A stretch of DNA of 64,000 nt. Origin: Bacteroidia bacterium. Lineage in GTDB: Bacteria > Bacteroidota > Bacteroidia > M30B66. Positions 9,046 through 19,801 of this stretch are shown here, piece after piece. The stretch spans positions 3,648,001 to 3,712,000 of the forward strand of contig OZ257142.1 of the NCBI GenBank assembly GCA_965279035.1, read 5' to 3'. Position 1 is the stretch's first letter. Every line of letters begins with the position of its first letter. A program made the position numbers and the translations under genes. Below the pieces are notes generated by a model, which was not told the origin of the DNA, made no database searches, and saw only the letters and a program-made list of their open reading frames with translations.

Positions 9046-10782
9046 TTAAGGTTTTTCAAGGATGAGTTCAAGAAGCGATTTGTTACCAACACCATCCATC
9101 GCTTCAACAGAAATGCAATGTTCACCAGGTAAAAGTTCGTCAGCAAAACGAAATGTCCATTCACCAACTGCATTTCCCGGCTCAAGGAGAATCCAGTTTC
9201 CATCTAAATTGGCTTGCATCGAACTTATTCCAGATAAACGATCTGAAATCTGAAATCGTATTCGTCCAGTTGCTGTTGGCTTTACTGGGATTTTTTTTCT
9301 TTTCTTTCGGATATACTGAGGAATCAGTTTTACAGAAGGTAGGATTGTATCACAAAGCACCTGAAAATCACCAAATTGCTTCGTTTCGGCCTCAAGCCAA
9401 TCGCCTGCCCAATTGGTTTTCAATCCACTAAAGCTGGTTCCAACTTTTTGAGCTACTATTAATTTCGACCGCAAACTATCGGGAATAGGATTAGGTTGAA
9501 ATCGAATTCGAATGGCTTGATTGAGTGGAATGTAGCGACTTCCAATTTCGATCAGATCGGAACATGAACTGGCTGATACATGGGCATTGAGTTTTACCCA
9601 AGCAGTGTCGAACAAGGTTTCTGATTGAAACTCAGCTTGAAAGCGGGGAATAGAAAGCGATTGAGGAATTCCAGGCAGCACCATCGCATTGGAAGTTAGC
9701 ATTCTAGCCGATTCATTTCCCAAACTGGGTGTTTGTCCTTTTACTTTCAAGTCATAACGCGTTTGATTACCATTGAGATCACTTAGCAGATAGGTAATTC
9801 GATAAATTCGATCTTCGTTGAAATAGAAAAAACCTCGGTCGATATTCTTTTTATAAATCCCAATCATAGGATTTACAGGAACAACACAGCGTTGAATTTT
9901 ACGCTTCGATTTCAAACGTTCCGTATAATCTTGATAGGCATTCACACTGCGTGTTTCGTCGAATGAGAATTCGTCAAATCGAGCTTGAAATACTTCCACA
10001 GAATCGATGAGAAGTTGAATTTTAAAAATCCCCGTTTTACTTCGGAGTTTACCAATCACGTCACCACCTTGAAATCCAAATCCAACCCAACCCGAAACGA
10101 TGGGCATTTTTGTTTTGCGAGGAAGGTCTTTTTTCTTCGTCTTTTTATTGATTGCAAGAGGAATATTCAAACTTGCTTTTAGATTATTTACTCTTCCATA
10201 ATCATTCATAGGAAAAATAGAAACCGCTTGAATTTCAGGAGCGATGTCATCTTTCTCCGCAAAACCGAAAAGCAATGGGTTGAGCACATTTTCAAAACCT
10301 TGATCTCGAATTTCAAAATGTAAATGCGGAGCAGTTGAACCTCCCGAATTTCCGCTCCAGGCAATGAACTGTTGGTTTTTAATGGGAAAATCTGAAGGAT
10401 CGGGTAAAACATCCACTTCGTACTCTCTACTTTGCTCTTGAAGAATATTGATGTATTGGTTGAGCGTATCGTTAAACGATGATAAATGGGCGTATACCGA
10501 AGTTAAACCGTTGGGGTGATTTATATACAGCGCATTTCCATAACCACTTGCAGAAACGCGAATACGACTAACATATCCTTCTTGAGCAGCAAGTACTGCT
10601 TGGTTTTTTCCTTGGGTAGAAAAGTCGATACCTGAATGAAAATGGTCTGGGCGAATTTCACCAAAGCCCGCAGTTACCATTAAAGGTATCGACATTGGAG
10701 CAGAAAACAGTCCGGCAGGAACCTGCTGAGCTTTACATAAACAGGCTGCTATCAGGCAAATACAGAATATCATCCACCTCAT
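9046..10782 (-). CDS. M23 family metallopeptidase
   Basis: HFHSGIDF, GYGN, YAHL and GNSGGSTAPHLHFEIRD motifs. Confidence 0.92.
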   Translation of the reverse strand: MRWMIFCICLIAACLCKAQQVPAGLFSAPMSIPLMVTAGFGEIRPDHFHSGIDFSTQGKNQAVLAAQEGYVSRIRVSASGYGNALYINHPNGLTSVYAHLSSFNDTLNQYINILQEQSREYEVDVLPDPSDFPIKNQQFIAWSGNSGGSTAPHLHFEIRDQGFENVLNPLLFGFAEKDDIAPEIQAVSIFPMNDYGRVNNLKASLNIPLAINKKTKKKDLPRKTKMPIVSGWVGFGFQGGDVIGKLRSKTGIFKIQLLIDSVEVFQARFDEFSFDETRSVNAYQDYTERLKSKRKIQRCVVPVNPMIGIYKKNIDRGFFYFNEDRIYRITYLLSDLNGNQTRYDLKVKGQTPSLGNESARMLTSNAMVLPGIPQSLSIPRFQAEFQSETLFDTAWVKLNAHVSASSCSDLIEIGSRYIPLNQAIRIRFQPNPIPDSLRSKLIVAQKVGTSFSGLKTNWAGDWLEAETKQFGDFQVLCDTILPSVKLIPQYIRKKRKKIPVKPTATGRIRFQISDRLSGISSMQANLDGNWILLEPGNAVGEWTFRFADELLPGEHCISVEAMDGVGNKSLLELILEKP

Positions 10783-10891
10783 TTGCAGGAATCTATTTTA
10801 GACTTTGCAAATTATTGTCAGAAAGGCTCTGGAAGCTGAGGAAAATAAATACTTTTGAGCCCGTTAATTAACATAACAGGCAAAAGGCAAT

Positions 10892-11188
10892 ATGGCGGAT
10901 CTACTTGGGAAATCAACTGTTCTCGAGGGCAAAATCAAAAAATTGATACATTTGCACGTCGCCCTCAAAGCGGAGAATACTGCTTTGAAGTCTGATTATC
11001 AACAATTAACAGAAACCATCCGCAGGCAACAGGAACAAATCCTACAACTTGAGGAAGGGAATAAAGCGTTAAAACTCGCTCAGGCTTTGCTGAATGATTC
11101 CGAAACGGAAGACTCGGCAGGACTCAAGGGCAAGATCAATGAGATGATTCGGGACATTGACAAATGCCTCGCATTACTGAATAAATAA
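10892..11188 (+). CDS. Coiled-coil protein upstream of zapA (ZapB-like)
   Basis: Heptad pattern ending 'KINEMIRDIDKCLALLN'; conserved Bacteroidota position before zapA. Confidence 0.75.
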   Translation: MADLLGKSTVLEGKIKKLIHLHVALKAENTALKSDYQQLTETIRRQQEQILQLEEGNKALKLAQALLNDSETEDSAGLKGKINEMIRDIDKCLALLNK

Positions 11189-11197
11189 AACGAACAG

Positions 11198-11491
11198 ATG
11201 CAGGACGTATCCATAGAAATCCAGCTTGCAAACCGAAAATACCCTTTAAAGGTAAAGTCGGGTGAAGCTGAATCTGTTCAAAAAGCAGCCGAACTAATCA
11301 ACAAAAAACTCGATGAGTTTGAGTCGAAATACGGTGTGAAAGACATTCAGGATTTGTATGCAATGAGTGCATTACAGATTACAACTCAATTGATTGAACT
11401 TGAGTCGAACAGCTCCGGAAATCAAGATATTGTTCATTCCCGATTGGATGAAATGGACAATCTGATTTCAGTCATCCTTGACGAGAAATAA
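11198..11491 (+). CDS. zapA: Cell division protein ZapA
   Basis: 'IQLANRKYPLKV...E..VQKAA..IN...Y...D.QDLYAM.AL' ZapA pattern; synteny with rny. Confidence 0.88.
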   Translation: MQDVSIEIQLANRKYPLKVKSGEAESVQKAAELINKKLDEFESKYGVKDIQDLYAMSALQITTQLIELESNSSGNQDIVHSRLDEMDNLISVILDEK

Positions 11492-11550
11492 CGCATTCCC
11501 TTTTCAGTTTAGAGTTTGAGTCGGTTGTTTGTTAAACTTGTAACAGACAT

Positions 11551-13092
11551 ATGGAAGTACTCATTTATCTAATCATAGCAATAGTCGGCCTCGGTGGAGG
11601 TTACGTCTTAGCTACGACAGTGATTCGAAAAAACATCGAGCAGAAAAGTGCTCAGCTCATTCGAGAAGCTGAAGCAGAGTCTGAAGTCATTAAGAAAGAC
11701 AAAATGCTTCAGGCGAAAGAAAAATTCTTGCAGCTAAAAACGGAACACGAAAAATCCATTCAATTACGAAATCAGGAAGTATTACAATCCGAGAACAGAG
11801 CGAAGCAGAAAGAAAGCATGCTTAGCCAAAAGTTGGAAGAATCAAAACGTAAACAGCAAGAGCTCGATACCTTGCGTGAAAATCTCACACTCCAATTGGA
11901 AGTGATTACGAAAAAACAAACGGATCTGGATAAACAACACCGGAAACAATTAGAACAACTCGAAATTATTGCAGGTTTATCGGCCGAAGATGCTAAAAAC
12001 CAAATGGTGGAAGCATTGAAAGAAGAAGCAAAAACGGAAGCTTCATCACACATCAAAGACATCATTGATGAGTCTCGTTTGACTGCAAACAAAGAAGCCA
12101 AACGGATTGTAGTTCAAACAATTCAACGTGTTGCAACAGAACATGCCGTTGAAAATTCAGTTTCGGTTTTCAATATCGAAAATGATGAAGTGAAAGGACG
12201 AATCATTGGTCGTGAAGGAAGAAACATCCGTGCTATTGAAGCGGCAACTGGCGTTGAGATTATTGTTGACGATACACCAGAAGCAATCATTCTGAGTTGT
12301 TTCGATCCAATTCGTAGGGAAGTAGCTCGACTTTCTTTGCATCAACTTGTTACTGATGGTCGTATTCACCCGGCACGTATTGAGGAAGTGGTTGCTAAAA
12401 CGAAGCGTCAAATTGAAGAGGAGATTATTGAAACTGGAAAACGTACCTGCATCGACTTAGGAATTCATGGACTTCATCCTGAGCTTACTCGTATGGTTGG
12501 GCGGATGAAATATCGTTCATCATATGGACAGAATTTGTTACAACACTCACGTGAGGTAGCCAATTTATGTGCGATCATGGCTGCAGAACTTGGTTTGAAT
12601 GTGAAACTGGCAAAACGTGCAGGACTATTACACGATATTGGAAAAGTTCCTGATGATGAACCAGAATTACCACATGCGATTTTGGGTATGAAGCTGGCTG
12701 AGAAATATAAAGAAAAGCCAGAGGTAATCAATGCCATTGGAGCTCACCACGATGAAATTGAAATGACCAGTTTGATCTCTCCAATTATCCAAGTGTGTGA
12801 TGCCATTTCGGGTGCTCGTCCGGGAGCTCGTCGTGAAATTGTAGAATCGTATATCAAGCGTTTGAAGGATATGGAGCAATTGGCATTATCGTATCCAGGT
12901 GTTTCAAATACCTATGCTATCCAAGCAGGACGTGAGTTACGTGTGATTGTAGAAAGTGAGAAAGTAACCGATAAAGATGCAGAAATGCTTTCGTTCAACA
13001 TTTCGCAAAAGATTCAAAATGAAATGACGTATCCTGGACAGGTAAAAGTGACAGTGATTCGTGAAACTCGGGCTGTAGCATACGCTAAATAG
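11551..13092 (+). CDS. rny: Ribonuclease Y
   Basis: N-terminal TM, coiled coil, KH domain ([14 protein letters not shown]), HD domain (LLHDIGK), ISGARPGAR. Confidence 0.97.
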   Translation: MEVLIYLIIAIVGLGGGYVLATTVIRKNIEQKSAQLIREAEAESEVIKKDKMLQAKEKFLQLKTEHEKSIQLRNQEVLQSENRAKQKESMLSQKLEESKRKQQELDTLRENLTLQLEVITKKQTDLDKQHRKQLEQLEIIAGLSAEDAKNQMVEALKEEAKTEASSHIKDIIDESRLTANKEAKRIVVQTIQRVATEHAVENSVSVFNIENDEVKGRIIGREGRNIRAIEAATGVEIIVDDTPEAIILSCFDPIRREVARLSLHQLVTDGRIHPARIEEVVAKTKRQIEEEIIETGKRTCIDLGIHGLHPELTRMVGRMKYRSSYGQNLLQHSREVANLCAIMAAELGLNVKLAKRAGLLHDIGKVPDDEPELPHAILGMKLAEKYKEKPEVINAIGAHHDEIEMTSLISPIIQVCDAISGARPGARREIVESYIKRLKDMEQLALSYPGVSNTYAIQAGRELRVIVESEKVTDKDAEMLSFNISQKIQNEMTYPGQVKVTVIRETRAVAYAK

Positions 13093-13107
13093 GATTATGT
13101 TTATTAT

Positions 13108-13132
13108 AACCGGGAGATTTTTCTTCCGGTTT
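13108..13132 (+). terminator. Hairpin after rny (weak terminator or processing stem)
   Basis: AACCGGGAGA-TTTT-TCTTCCGGTT stem with only a short U-tract. Confidence 0.45.
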
Positions 13133-13143
13133 ACTTATATACC

Positions 13144-14388
13144 ATGATCAAAAGATTGCTTCAAAACCCTTTGATAACTCTGATGTCGGCGACAACAGTG
13201 GGACAAGGTATCAGTTTTCTTTTGTCAGTTATACTCGCACGCATTTATGGACCGAGTCATTTTGGTGAGCTGCAGATATTTCTCTCTGCTGCCAGTTTGA
13301 TATCTGTACCTGCCTTATTGAAGTTCGATGTTGCTCTTGTAGCTGCAGAAACAGAAAAAGATAGCGAACATCTTTTCCAATTGGCTTGGCTGGCCTTGCT
13401 ACTTGTAGCATTTTTTAGTTTAATTGGTGTTCAAGTTTGGTCACTAATCTCCGAAACTGCAATTCTTTCCTACTGGTATTTTCTTCCCATTTCTGTATTC
13501 AGTGTGGGATTGATTCAGCTTTGTTGGATGTGGTTTGTGCGAACAGGTGATTTTAAGAAAGTGTATTGGGTTAGAATACTAGAAAGTATTGCTATTGGAC
13601 TTCCTGCCGTTTTTCTTTCTTCATTTGGTTCAGGTGGACTGGTTTATTCGAACGTTTCAGGGCAGTTACTCATAGCACTCATCTTGTTTCTAATTTTTCG
13701 GGCGAATAAACAGATTTCTCTACTAAATTTTCAATGGGAATCACTGAGAAAAACGTTTAGAAAATTCCAAGTTTATCCACGAATTAATATTCTTCAAGGC
13801 TTCAACGATATGTTGCAGGTAAGTTTGCCCATCATATTACTTTCCGAAAACTACAATGCCGAAGTAGCTGGACTTTATTCGCAATGCATTCGAGTGCTTC
13901 AACTTCCATCTCGATTAATTATCACTCCATTGGCTCATGTTTTCTTCAATAAAGCATCGCTAATGGTGCGCGAAAAACATGATTTATATCCCTATGTGTA
14001 TTCAACTGCAAAAAAAGTTTTTCTATACTGTTTACCATTTGTTGTACTTCTACTAATTGGTGGTCCATACTTATTCAAAATGGTTTTTGGCGAAAAATGG
14101 ACTGATGCAGGTGTTTTTGCAGCCATCATTTCACCTTGGATTCTTTTCGACCTAATTCGTGCTCCAATAGTTCAAGTAGCCAATCTGATAAACAAGCAAG
14201 CATTTATTTTACGGTACTCCATTGGAATCAATATTCTACTGGCTATTGTATTGATGCTGCCTGTATTTATTGCTATTTCACCCACTCAGCTTTTGGTAGT
14301 CCTGTCGGCCTCTCAATCCTTGATGTGTGGAATTTTGATACTTTTGATTTTACAAATGAGTAGAAAAATTAAACCTTATTCTCAGTAA
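13144..14388 (+). CDS. wzx: Oligosaccharide flippase (Wzx/MOP family)
   Basis: About 12 TM helices; 'ILARIYGPSHFG', 'AGLYS...RVLQLP' and 'FGEKW..AG' motifs. Confidence 0.85.
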   Translation: MIKRLLQNPLITLMSATTVGQGISFLLSVILARIYGPSHFGELQIFLSAASLISVPALLKFDVALVAAETEKDSEHLFQLAWLALLLVAFFSLIGVQVWSLISETAILSYWYFLPISVFSVGLIQLCWMWFVRTGDFKKVYWVRILESIAIGLPAVFLSSFGSGGLVYSNVSGQLLIALILFLIFRANKQISLLNFQWESLRKTFRKFQVYPRINILQGFNDMLQVSLPIILLSENYNAEVAGLYSQCIRVLQLPSRLIITPLAHVFFNKASLMVREKHDLYPYVYSTAKKVFLYCLPFVVLLLIGGPYLFKMVFGEKWTDAGVFAAIISPWILFDLIRAPIVQVANLINKQAFILRYSIGINILLAIVLMLPVFIAISPTQLLVVLSASQSLMCGILILLILQMSRKIKPYSQ

Positions 14389-15248
14389 TGATTTACGATT
14401 GCTTTACATTTTTCAATGAACTTGAGCTTCTTAAGATCAGACTGAATATCCTAAATCATTGTGTAGATCGATTCGTCTTAGTTGAAAGTACATGGACACA
14501 TTCAGGAAAGCCGAAAGAACTTGTATTTGAAAAAAACAAGCACCTATTTACTGAATTCCTACCTCGGATAGAGCATATTATCGTAAACGATCAACCTTCA
14601 ACTATTGAAAACGCATGGACTCTTGAGCGTTATCAACGAAATGCAATCAGTAGAGGATTGAAAAATTTAAAGAAAGAAGACAGAGTTCTCGTTTCGGATG
14701 TGGATGAGATTCCTAACCCCAAAGCAATTCAGCTATGGTCAAAGGAACATGCTATTGTGATTTTCAAACAGAAAATGTTTTATTATTACCTCAACTGCGT
14801 CAATGCAGGAAACTCTAATTCATCATACAATTGGTGTGGAACAACCATGGCTCCCGCTGAATATTTCGACAAACCACAAGACCTAAGAGATATCAGTATA
14901 ATGCATCTTGGATTGGAAACTGGGAACTGGAAAAGTCGATTGGTTTTCATTTATACATGGCTTCGTGATAAACGTCTTCGTCAATATCCAATTAAACTTA
15001 TCGATCAAGGAGGTTGGCATTTTAGTTATCTTGGAGGAACACAGCGTATCATTGATAAATTGGAAGCTTTTGCACACCAAGAATATAATCAAGAAGAATT
15101 CAAGAATCCCAAAGCGATTGAACAAGCTATTCGGGATGGAAAAGACTTATTTGGAAGAGGATTTACTTACAAATTCACTCCATTAGATGATACATTTCCA
15201 GAATACCTTGTTAAAAATAAAAGTGAATATAAAGACCTAATCCGTTGA
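14388..15248 (+). CDS. GT17-family glycosyltransferase (GnT-III-like)
   Basis: 'IYDCFTFFNELELL.IRL', 'VES..THSG.PK', 'SDVDEIP' and 'GGWHFSY' motifs. Confidence 0.85.
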   Translation: MIYDCFTFFNELELLKIRLNILNHCVDRFVLVESTWTHSGKPKELVFEKNKHLFTEFLPRIEHIIVNDQPSTIENAWTLERYQRNAISRGLKNLKKEDRVLVSDVDEIPNPKAIQLWSKEHAIVIFKQKMFYYYLNCVNAGNSNSSYNWCGTTMAPAEYFDKPQDLRDISIMHLGLETGNWKSRLVFIYTWLRDKRLRQYPIKLIDQGGWHFSYLGGTQRIIDKLEAFAHQEYNQEEFKNPKAIEQAIRDGKDLFGRGFTYKFTPLDDTFPEYLVKNKSEYKDLIR

Positions 15249-16525
15249 ATCGATTCGATTTATTACTTCGTTTGCCAACTTCTTTAATAGGAAAAGCACT
15301 TGTTGTTTTCGTTCTGCTTATATGTATTAGTCCTACAATACAACTTGTGTATACTCATGGACAAAGTCCCTCATCATTTGTTGATTTCATTATTGTTTTA
15401 ATTCCAGATCTCGCTTTATTATCTGTTGGACTGTCATTTTTTATTGAGAAAAGAAGATTTGATGAACCACTTAATCTTCTTGATTTTGCCTTGATTGGAT
15501 TCATACTAGTTAACGTCATTTGGGGATTTATTTTAACCGATAATATTGTAACTGCTTTTAAAGGTTTAAGGATAACATACCTACCAATTAGCTTTTACTT
15601 TCTTGCACGTTATTGGCAGCCCGACCGCGATACAATCACTAAAACTCTACAGGTTTCGTTCTTTATTATCATCCTACTCGCTTTATCAGGCTGGGTGTTT
15701 TGGTTGTTTTTTCCTGAATTTACTCAGCGTATGTATGACTATTCAGGTCATCCAGTGGCTATTTATTTCATAGTTAGAATGACCTCTTTCCTATGGACAC
15801 CTGTTCTTTTTGGCACACTTATGTCCTGGGCAGGATATTATTACTATTGGAGAGCATTAAGAAATCCTACGTTTTTCAATAAAGATTTGCTCTTGCTTAT
15901 TATTGCATTTAGCGGTCTCATCATGAGTGTTTCTCGAGGCCCCTTACTTTCTTTTCTGATTGCAGTAATTGCATTGATTCCATTTTTTGGCCACTGGAAG
16001 AAAGCAGTGATTCTGACAGTATTATTGATTTCAATTCAGAGTATCATCTCAATTGGAGTAACAGGCGATTTACGTTTGCAAAAGTGGACATTGAGTTCTA
16101 CTGCGTCTACAATTACTTTGAAAAAAGAAGTTACACGAGTTTCTCGTTGGGAATACAGCATGAACGATTTCCGATTAAAACCAATGGGTTATGGATTGGG
16201 AAATGCGGGAGCTGTTGCTTATGACAAAGGCAATCCCGAAAACAAAGCTACTTTGAGTACAGATGGTTGGTTTCTAAAACTTGCTTGTGAAACAGGTATT
16301 CCTGGTCTAATTTCATTTCTAATAACATCATTGATTTTTCTTGGAGCTTCTTGGAAGAACCGCAATTACTCAATTGAAACCCTTGGATTTCCTTTACTTG
16401 GATTAGCAATAGTGATTTTTGTGCAGTGCTTTTCTAGCAACATACTAGATTTTTATCCTTACATCGGTATTTTTTGGCTATTTACCGGACTTAGTATCAA
16501 GAACAAACACGAGAATAGTATATGA
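15245..16525 (+). CDS. O-antigen polymerase/ligase-family membrane protein
   Basis: Multi-TM; 'SVSRG', 'PMGYGLG' and 'DGWFLK...ETGIPGL' Wzy_C-like motifs. Confidence 0.75.
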   Translation: MNRFDLLLRLPTSLIGKALVVFVLLICISPTIQLVYTHGQSPSSFVDFIIVLIPDLALLSVGLSFFIEKRRFDEPLNLLDFALIGFILVNVIWGFILTDNIVTAFKGLRITYLPISFYFLARYWQPDRDTITKTLQVSFFIIILLALSGWVFWLFFPEFTQRMYDYSGHPVAIYFIVRMTSFLWTPVLFGTLMSWAGYYYYWRALRNPTFFNKDLLLLIIAFSGLIMSVSRGPLLSFLIAVIALIPFFGHWKKAVILTVLLISIQSIISIGVTGDLRLQKWTLSSTASTITLKKEVTRVSRWEYSMNDFRLKPMGYGLGNAGAVAYDKGNPENKATLSTDGWFLKLACETGIPGLISFLITSLIFLGASWKNRNYSIETLGFPLLGLAIVIFVQCFSSNILDFYPYIGIFWLFTGLSIKNKHENSI

Positions 16526-17436
16526 AACTAAGCGTCATTATTGTTTCATATAATGTAGAAAAACTTCTTCGAACTTGCTTAGAATCATTGCTACCTCAAT
16601 TAAACGATCAAGATGAAGTGTATGTGATTGATAATGCTTCATCGGATAATAGTTTGGCTGTTGTGGAAAGTTTTGGTTCACGGATAGAAGTGATAAGTTC
16701 TCCATCAAACTTAGGGTTTTCAGCTGCCAATAACCTTGGAATAGCTAAAGCAACAGGAGATTTCACTCTTTTGTTAAATCCTGATACAGAACTTTTAACA
16801 GATTCAATTAAATCATTGCTTCAAGGTATCGACAAATACGGAAAAAACTATGTATTTGGTGCTCATTTGTTAAATACTGATAGAAGCTTGCAGGTTTCAA
16901 CTTGGGATTTTCCAACTGGTTGGCATATGTTGGCAGAATCGCTTTTTTTATCACGTTGGATCAACAACATGATTAGTAAAAGTATCTTAATCCAAGATAA
17001 TGAAGTGCCAGCAATTTCGGGTGCGGCTATCGCAATTGAAACGTCATTCCTTAAAACTTTAAAAGGACTTGATGCTGAGTTATTTTGGATGGAAGATACT
17101 GATCTATGCTATCGGGCTAATTTACTTGGTAGAAAAAGCAGGTGGTTAATGGATTGGATTTTAATTCATCATAGCGGCAAAAGCTCTGTTTCAAGTTCAG
17201 GTATTCCATTGTCCAATCAACTTATTTCTCGACTCAAGTTCTATAGAAAACATCATTGGTATGTATCTCTAATCATTGGTCATATTGCTACCTTAATACA
17301 GCTTATCACGCGCTTTCTATTATTGACTATTGGTTCCCCATTTTCGGCTAAGTCTGCAGCACGAGCCAAAGGATATCGGTATGCGTTTAAACGATATATT
17401 CGATATGTAATTTTTAATGATAGGAGGATCCTGTGA
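16522..17436 (+). CDS. GT2 glycosyltransferase
   Basis: 'LSVIIVSYN', 'IDNASSD', 'NLGFSAANN', 'LLNPD' and 'EDTDLC' motifs. Confidence 0.92.
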   Translation: MKLSVIIVSYNVEKLLRTCLESLLPQLNDQDEVYVIDNASSDNSLAVVESFGSRIEVISSPSNLGFSAANNLGIAKATGDFTLLLNPDTELLTDSIKSLLQGIDKYGKNYVFGAHLLNTDRSLQVSTWDFPTGWHMLAESLFLSRWINNMISKSILIQDNEVPAISGAAIAIETSFLKTLKGLDAELFWMEDTDLCYRANLLGRKSRWLMDWILIHHSGKSSVSSSGIPLSNQLISRLKFYRKHHWYVSLIIGHIATLIQLITRFLLLTIGSPFSAKSAARAKGYRYAFKRYIRYVIFNDRRIL

Positions 17437-18548
17437 AAACAAAAAAACGGATTTTGTTTTTAGGAGATGCCTCTTCAGCACATTTAGAACGTTGGGCTAT
17501 AGGCATGCAATCGCAAGGTTTTGAGCTTGCCGTTTTTAGCCTACGACCAGCTGCTTCTCCTGCTATTTATTCGAATAAAGGAATTCAGGTATTTACACCA
17601 GATTTGAAACTTGACAAATCGCGTTTCTGGGCATCATTGATAAGTAAATCCGTATACATCAAAGCACTTCCTTCGCTTAAACGTGTTATTAAAAATTTCA
17701 AACCTGACATTGTGCATGCTCATTATGCAAGCAGTTATGGTTTACTTGGAGCGCTAAGTGGATTTAAACCTTATTGTATTTCCGTATGGGGTTCGGATGT
17801 ACTCGAATTCCCTAAAATCAATTTCCTAACAAAGAAAATAGTAGAGTATAATTTTCGTAAAGCAGATCGCATACTGGTAACTTCCCAAGAATTACTTCAA
17901 TCTGCATCATTATATACTGACAAATCACTAGAAATAATAGCATTTGGAATTGAGCCTGATTTGTATTCTCAATCTAAACACGCTCATGGAAATGCACTAT
18001 TTTTTGGTAGTGCCAAAGCATTAACACACATTTATGGGCACGATACAGCATTGCATGCATTTGCATCTGCTAAAACTTCAATCCCATTGGGAAGTCGTTT
18101 TTTAATTGCTGGATCAGGACCTGATGAACCAATTTTGAAAAACATTGCTCATCAACTCGGAATTGAAGATGACGTCGAATTTAAGGGACAGTTGACTAAA
18201 GAGGAAATCCCCAATTTTCTTAGCAATATCGACGTATTAATCAATTTAAGCCGCAGCGAAAGTTTTGGGGTTGTGGTTTTAGAGGCTGCTGCTTGTGAGG
18301 TCCCTGCTATTGTCTCTGAAACAGGTGGGCTTCGCGAAGTTGTAAAACAAAATGAAACTGGAATACTAGTGCAAACAAATAGCGTAGAGGCAGCAAAAGA
18401 TGCGATGATAATTTTAGCTAATGATTCTGAAAAGAGAAAAACAATGGGGATAGCAGCTCGCAAATTTGCACTTGAAAATTACCCTTGGAAGGCAAGCCTT
18501 GAGAAAATGACAGCTGTTTATGAATCTCTTTTCAAATCCAATGTATGA
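17433..18548 (+). CDS. GT4 glycosyltransferase
   Basis: 'DIVHAHYASSYG', 'SVWGSD' and 'SESFGVVVLEA' (EX7E) motifs. Confidence 0.92.
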   Translation: MKTKKRILFLGDASSAHLERWAIGMQSQGFELAVFSLRPAASPAIYSNKGIQVFTPDLKLDKSRFWASLISKSVYIKALPSLKRVIKNFKPDIVHAHYASSYGLLGALSGFKPYCISVWGSDVLEFPKINFLTKKIVEYNFRKADRILVTSQELLQSASLYTDKSLEIIAFGIEPDLYSQSKHAHGNALFFGSAKALTHIYGHDTALHAFASAKTSIPLGSRFLIAGSGPDEPILKNIAHQLGIEDDVEFKGQLTKEEIPNFLSNIDVLINLSRSESFGVVVLEAAACEVPAIVSETGGLREVVKQNETGILVQTNSVEAAKDAMIILANDSEKRKTMGIAARKFALENYPWKASLEKMTAVYESLFKSNV

Positions 18549-19801
18549 TTCGTATCATCTTACTAACTCAATATTATCCACCCGAAACCGGAGCACCTCA
18601 GAATAGGCTTCACGAACTTGCCTTACGGCTAATTCATAACGGATTCGAAATTGAGGTATTAACAGCGATGCCCAATTATCCATCAATGGAAATTTTTCCA
18701 TCATACAAAGGAAAAAGCTATGTAAAAGAATCGATTGATGGGATTAAAGTTCATCGTACATCCATTTATGTAAGCAAGAGCAAGCGAATCTTACCACGAT
18801 TACTGAACTATTTCTCCTTTGTATTTAGTTCTCTTTGGTATGGTATAAGAAAATTGGAAAATGCCGATTTGTTGATTTGTGAGAGTCCGCCCTTATTTCT
18901 TGGTATTTCTGCATTGATATTAAGTCGTCGAAAAAAGGCAAAGCTGATAATGAATATATCAGACCTTTGGCCAGAAAGCGCAGAAAAACTAGGACTTGTT
19001 ACTAACCGATTGCTTCTTAAATCTGCAGAAAGGCTTGAAATGTTCCTATACCGTAAATCGTGGATAGTGACAGGACAAACAATGGGGATTGTTCGAAATA
19101 TCGAAGAACGAAATCCAGGGAAACGTGTTTATTGGTTGCCAAACGGTGTTGATCTCACTTATTATAATCCCGATCAAACATTTGATAATTGGCGAGCTCA
19201 AAACGGATTCTCTTCTAGCGATTTTATAATTCTATATGCTGGTATACTTGGTCATGCACAAGGGCTTGAAGTTATTCTCAATGCAGCCGAAATAACTCGA
19301 AACGAAACACAGATTAAATGGGTTCTTGTTGGAACTGGTCCAGTCAAACCGGATATGTTACGCTTGAAATCCGAACTTGATTTGAAGGAAGTATATTTCT
19401 TCGATCCTGTTTCAAAAGACAAAATGCCTTCGATCGTAGCCGCAGCAGATGTGGCAGTTATTCCTTTAAAGAAACTTGACCTTTTCAAAGGAGCAATTCC
19501 TAGTAAGATCTTTGAAAGTTTGGCCATGCGTAAACCATTATTGCTTGGTGTTGAAGGAGAAGCTGAAGAACTCTTTATTCGTAAAGGTAAATGTGGACTG
19601 TCTTTTACTCCCGAAGATCCAGCCTCCTTAGCTGCTTCTGCAATGGAGCTTGCTGGTGATCCTACCAAATGCATTCAAATGGGCATTCAGGCAAGAATGT
19701 ATGTATCTGAAGTATTTGATAGAGAGAAGATCGCGAGTGGATTTTCTACTTTTATTCATGATGTCTGGCAACAAGAAAAGTCTAAAGACACTCGGCAATG
19801 A
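18545..19801 (+). CDS. GT4 glycosyltransferase (WbuB-like)
   Basis: 'TQYYPPETGA', 'PNYP', 'DLWPES', 'YAGILGHAQGL' and 'IPSKIFE' motifs. Confidence 0.9.
   Translation: MIRIILLTQYYPPETGAPQNRLHELALRLIHNGFEIEVLTAMPNYPSMEIFPSYKGKSYVKESIDGIKVHRTSIYVSKSKRILPRLLNYFSFVFSSLWYGIRKLENADLLICESPPLFLGISALILSRRKKAKLIMNISDLWPESAEKLGLVTNRLLLKSAERLEMFLYRKSWIVTGQTMGIVRNIEERNPGKRVYWLPNGVDLTYYNPDQTFDNWRAQNGFSSSDFIILYAGILGHAQGLEVILNAAEITRNETQIKWVLVGTGPVKPDMLRLKSELDLKEVYFFDPVSKDKMPSIVAAADVAVIPLKKLDLFKGAIPSKIFESLAMRKPLLLGVEGEAEELFIRKGKCGLSFTPEDPASLAASAMELAGDPTKCIQMGIQARMYVSEVFDREKIASGFSTFIHDVWQQEKSKDTRQ

Noticed and set aside
11492-11550. 6S RNA downstream of zapA
   Set aside because: The gap is only 59 bp, too short for 6S RNA.
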